A DNA stretch of 64,000 bases from NCBI GenBank assembly GCA_965249725.1, contig CBDFMQ010000002.1:1696001-1760000 (forward strand), read 5' to 3'. The position numbers and the translations under genes are program-made. Positions 60,414-64,000 of the stretch are shown piece by piece. Source of the DNA: Longimicrobiales bacterium. Lineage in GTDB: Bacteria; Gemmatimonadota; Gemmatimonadetes; Longimicrobiales; Gaopeijiaceae. The notes under the pieces were generated by a model. That model was not told the DNA's origin. It worked only from the letters and a program-made list of their open reading frames with translations, and made no database searches. Each line of letters opens with the position of its first letter. The first letter of the stretch is position 1.

Positions 60414-61088
60414 TTGGGCGCCGATGCAAATCACGAGGACGGCCCGTTGGACCGACACGAAGAGCCACCGTTCAAGTCGATGCACTACCACGACGTGCGG
60501 GACGAAATCCAGGACGGTGATCTGTTCTTCTTCCGCGGGAGCTTCCGGAGCTCCCGGCTATTCACGATGCTCACACGTTCATTCTACTCGCACTCCGCGA
60601 TCATAGCCCGTTGGGACAAGCGGTTGATGATTCTGCAAGCGGAGATGAAGGTCGAGGCGGTACCGCTCAGCGTCGCCGTGCAGGAGTACCCGGGCCGTGC
60701 GGACTGGTACCGATTGAAGCGCGAGGACATCCCGGATATCGAGCCAAAGACCCGCAAGATGTTGTGGGAGGCCAAGTGCGAGGTGGGCCTGCCGTTCGCT
60801 CTCATGGATCTCCTCAAGTCCGTTGCTCGGTACTTCTTCCACTTTCGAATGAAAGACGCCGTGTCTCCAAAGGGGATGTTCTGTTCGGAGTACGTCGAGC
60901 GCTCGTTCCGAAAAGGTGGGATGCCCCTAGTGGACAGTCCCGACGTGGCGACGTTTCCTCAGGACCTGGCCGAATCCAGGTTGCTCGAGTACATGGGCAC
61001 GATAGAACACCATCCGGATCGGCCGTTCGATCGATGCGTCGACGATGTCGATGCGAACGAGGATTCGTCGGGAGCCGAAGGCACATGA
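60414..61088 (+). CDS. Permuted papain-like NlpC/P60 (YiiX/YebB-like) enzyme
   Basis: SD GAGGAGG + TTG; GDLFFF, YSHSAII (His), MFCSEYV (Cys after His). Confidence 0.82.
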   Translation: MGADANHEDGPLDRHEEPPFKSMHYHDVRDEIQDGDLFFFRGSFRSSRLFTMLTRSFYSHSAIIARWDKRLMILQAEMKVEAVPLSVAVQEYPGRADWYRLKREDIPDIEPKTRKMLWEAKCEVGLPFALMDLLKSVARYFFHFRMKDAVSPKGMFCSEYVERSFRKGGMPLVDSPDVATFPQDLAESRLLEYMGTIEHHPDRPFDRCVDDVDANEDSSGAEGT

Positions 61089-62110
61089 GCCTCGGACCCC
61101 ACCACAAACCCGGAGGGGGCTTTCAGAGCCCCTGGGGCGACCGGCACGGCCCGTTGGGCGCCATCAAGTGGTACTGGGAGCGGCTGTTCGAGAACCTGCC
61201 GCCGAATCCTGTTCCATCCCAACTGCCCCGAGGGAAGTCCGACATCGCCTATCCTCGGGTCGACCTCGAGGAGTTCCGCGCCACCTGGATAGGACACGCC
61301 ACGGTCCTTCTCCAGGTCGGAGGAGTGAACATCCTGGTCGATCCCGTGTGGAGCCGTAGGTGCTTCCCCGTTCAGTGGGTCGGTCCGGATCGCATCGTCC
61401 CGCCGGGGCTCGACTTCGATGCGTTGCCCCCCATCGACATCATCGTGATCTCCCACGATCACTACGACCACCTGGATACGAACACGGTGCGGAAGCTCAC
61501 GGCACACTTCGGTGATGTGCCGACCTGGGTTACGCCGCTCGCCTATCGCTCGTGGTTTGCCGGGTTCGGCGTATCCAACATCGTCGAGTTGGATTGGTGG
61601 CAGGAGGCGGCGATGTCGACCGAAGCCGGAGACGTCTCGCTGACGGCGGTCCCGGCGCGCCACTACACACGCCGAAGCGTGTTCCGGGGCAATACGCGCC
61701 TCTGGTCGTCGTACACGATGCGGGCTCCGGGTGGTCACACCGCATTCCTCACCGGCGACTCGGGCTACTTCGAAGAAAGCAGCGGAATCGGTGACCGACT
61801 CGGTCCGTTCGACTTCGTGACCATGCCCATCGGAGCCTACGACCCGCGGTGGTTCATGAAGCCGACACACATGTGCCCCGAAGAAGCAGTCGATACGTAT
61901 CGAAACCTGGGTGCTTCCGGCTTGATGCTCTCCGTCCACTGGGGAACTTGGCGTCTCACGGATGAGGACATGCTCGAGCCTCCGGGTCGGGTCAGGGAAG
62001 CGTGGAAGCAGGCCGGACTGTCCGAACAAGATCTGTGGGTGCCGGAGCGAGGGGAGACCCGTAGTATTGCCGCACCGCGACGGTCCGACGACCACGGAGA
62101 GAGTAGCTAG
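61085..62110 (+). CDS. MBL-fold metallo-hydrolase, NAPE-PLD/RomA-like
   Basis: TWIGHATVL, SHDHYDHLD, ELDWW, PARHY, GDSGY, PIGAYDPRWFM, HWGTW. Confidence 0.88.
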   Translation: MSLGPHHKPGGGFQSPWGDRHGPLGAIKWYWERLFENLPPNPVPSQLPRGKSDIAYPRVDLEEFRATWIGHATVLLQVGGVNILVDPVWSRRCFPVQWVGPDRIVPPGLDFDALPPIDIIVISHDHYDHLDTNTVRKLTAHFGDVPTWVTPLAYRSWFAGFGVSNIVELDWWQEAAMSTEAGDVSLTAVPARHYTRRSVFRGNTRLWSSYTMRAPGGHTAFLTGDSGYFEESSGIGDRLGPFDFVTMPIGAYDPRWFMKPTHMCPEEAVDTYRNLGASGLMLSVHWGTWRLTDEDMLEPPGRVREAWKQAGLSEQDLWVPERGETRSIAAPRRSDDHGESS

Positions 62111-62200
62111 TTGAAACCACACTGACGCTCCTGTTATATCTTCGACAGCCGCCGTCGTAGGTTGCGGTCATTGTCCACATTGCCATCACGATTCGAGAGC

Positions 62201-62851
62201 ATGAAAACAAGACGCGCCCACATCCTATTGGTCGGTGCGCTTCTCCTGCAGGCATGCGCCGGCACCGGAGCGACGGAAGCCCAGACTCCCGGCTCCTCCC
62301 CGAGGATGTCCAACGCCGAACTCGAGGCACTCTATCGGGCGCGGCAGGACAGCGCACTCATGAGGGTCAGCGAGGCCGACGTCGACTTCATGACGGGGAT
62401 GATCGGACACCACGCCCAGGCACTGGTCATGGCCGGCTTCGCCCCATCGAACGACGCCGGAAGCCAGATCAGGACGTTGACCGCACGGATCATCAATGCC
62501 CAGAGGGACGAGATCGCCCTCATGCAGAGGTGGCTCCAGGATCGTGGGCAGCCGGTGCCCGAGGTGGACGGCACGGGTCACATGGAACACGCCATGCACA
62601 TGCCTGGGATGCTGAGTTCGGAGCAACTCGAAGAACTGGAGCGGGCGCGTGGCTCGCAATACGACCGCCTGTTTCTGACCTACATGATCCAACACCATGA
62701 GGGAGCCGTCACCATGGTGAAGGAGCTCTTCGCCACCGACGGAGCGGCGCTGGACGATATCGCGTTCAAGCTCGCCTCGGATATCCAGGTGGATCAGATC
62801 ACCGAAATCAATCGCATGCGGAGTATGCTCGAGGCGTTACCGACGCCTTAG
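62201..62851 (+). CDS. DUF305 family lipoprotein
   Basis: LQAC lipobox; FMTGMIGHHAQALVM and MIQHHEGAVTM. Confidence 0.88.
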   Translation: MKTRRAHILLVGALLLQACAGTGATEAQTPGSSPRMSNAELEALYRARQDSALMRVSEADVDFMTGMIGHHAQALVMAGFAPSNDAGSQIRTLTARIINAQRDEIALMQRWLQDRGQPVPEVDGTGHMEHAMHMPGMLSSEQLEELERARGSQYDRLFLTYMIQHHEGAVTMVKELFATDGAALDDIAFKLASDIQVDQITEINRMRSMLEALPTP

Positions 62852-62895
62852 CCATCACCGACCACACCGCACTCATTACGTTCGAGGAACCCGCT

Positions 62896-64000
62896 ATGAC
62901 TCTTGTCGCCCTGACGCTTCGTCGTCTCTCACACGCTTCCGTTCAGTTAGCGAAGCCGCTCGTCCTGGGACTTGGACTAGTGGCTTTGGCTAGTTGTGCC
63001 GGTCAGTACTCCGCGCCCGAGGCCGCACCTGCTGCTGCGCCTGCGCCCACCGTGGCCGCCGCGCCAACCGCGATGACCCCTGCGCCTCTTCAGGTCACGC
63101 CGCCGAGTCCTGATCCGCGGGTAGGCCTGAGAGCCGGCCTCTTCGATGCGGCCGAGGCCGCGTGGAACATGCGCGTCGTCTCGAGCACGCCTCCTGTCGA
63201 GGCTTTCGTGGGCGTCACGAATTCCGATCTGGCCTTCACCGGCGAGTACGCCATCCAGGGCAACTACAACGGCTTCCAGGTCTGGAATATCGAGGATGCC
63301 GCGAACCCTGCCGCGACGACTACTCACCTCTGCCCCGCATCACAGAGCGATGTCTCCGTCTACAAGAACCTGCTCTTCGTCTCCGGCGAAGGGCTGGGCG
63401 GGCGGCTCGACTGCGGCACGCAGGGTGTGGCAGAAGCGGTCAGCCCCGAGCGACTCCGCGGGATCCGGATCTTCGACATCAGCGACATGCGGAGTCCGCA
63501 GTACATCGCCAACGTGCAGACCTGCCGCGGTTCACACACGCACACCGTGTTGGAAGCTCCGAACGACCCGGACAACGTCTACATCTACGTGTCCGGATCT
63601 TCAGGCGTCCGCCCCGCCGAGGAATTGGCGGGTTGCTCCGGTGAGTTGCCGAGCGAGGACCCGAACTCCGCTCTGTTCAGGATCGAGGTCATCCGGGTTC
63701 CCGTCGACAATCCGGAGCAAGCCGCGATCGTGACCTCGCCGCGGATCTTCGAGGAGCTCATGGCTCCGCCGACCCACGGTCTTTCGGCCGCCGACATCGC
63801 CGAGCTGGAAGAGGCACGGGCCGCCGGCGCATTCATCGGTTCATTCGGGGGCGGGGGAGCAGAGCGTGTGCTCCCTGGCCGCATGATCCAACCGATGCTC
63901 GACCAGATCGTCGCCGAGCGCGGCGGCACGGGTCAGGCGACCGCGGCCGACAGCGCTTCGCTACGTGAGCGTCTGCCCGAGATGATGGCGCAATTCCGTA
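62896..64000 (+). CDS. LVIVD-repeat lipoprotein, 3' partial
   Basis: LASC lipobox; DPRVGL, NSDLAF, CPASQSDVSVY, VQTCRGSHTHT; open to window end. Confidence 0.8.
   Translation, partial: MTLVALTLRRLSHASVQLAKPLVLGLGLVALASCAGQYSAPEAAPAAAPAPTVAAAPTAMTPAPLQVTPPSPDPRVGLRAGLFDAAEAAWNMRVVSSTPPVEAFVGVTNSDLAFTGEYAIQGNYNGFQVWNIEDAANPAATTTHLCPASQSDVSVYKNLLFVSGEGLGGRLDCGTQGVAEAVSPERLRGIRIFDISDMRSPQYIANVQTCRGSHTHTVLEAPNDPDNVYIYVSGSSGVRPAEELAGCSGELPSEDPNSALFRIEVIRVPVDNPEQAAIVTSPRIFEELMAPPTHGLSAADIAELEEARAAGAFIGSFGGGGAERVLPGRMIQPMLDQIVAERGGTGQATAADSASLRERLPEMMAQFR

Overview
High-GC bacterial window; the gene content (many S9/M28 peptidases, DUF5916, LVIVD, ADOP-type permease, DUF222-HNH) is reminiscent of Gemmatimonadota, which is inference only. 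1-9389 is one end of an integrative conjugative element (virB6, virB8, coupling protein, virB11, ArdC, excisionase-like, tyrosine integrase) inserted at the 3' end of a stand-alone tRNA-Ile(GAT). The chromosomal part holds a TetR-MMPL/RND-LolA-like-outer membrane cluster, Rrf2 plus a NirK-cytochrome c fusion, hemB/hemE, a cupredoxin-adenylate cyclase-beta-barrel operon, transporters, a Phd-VapC pair, peptidases, a DUF222-HNH gene with a structured leader and an internal parS-like palindrome, and a GMC oxidoreductase pair. Near the right end are a small YxxPxI/(MG)n precursor-like peptide gene and a decaying operon: B12-radical SAM split by a complete 1958-bp IS1595 with passenger ORFs, a frameshifted Ser/Thr kinase-AAA-TPR gene, a permuted NlpC/P60 and a NAPE-PLD-like hydrolase. 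Three separate deletion scars are visible (ABC ATPase, amidohydrolase and ABC permease remnants). No CRISPR array or rRNA was seen. All family calls come from motif recognition, not database searches.
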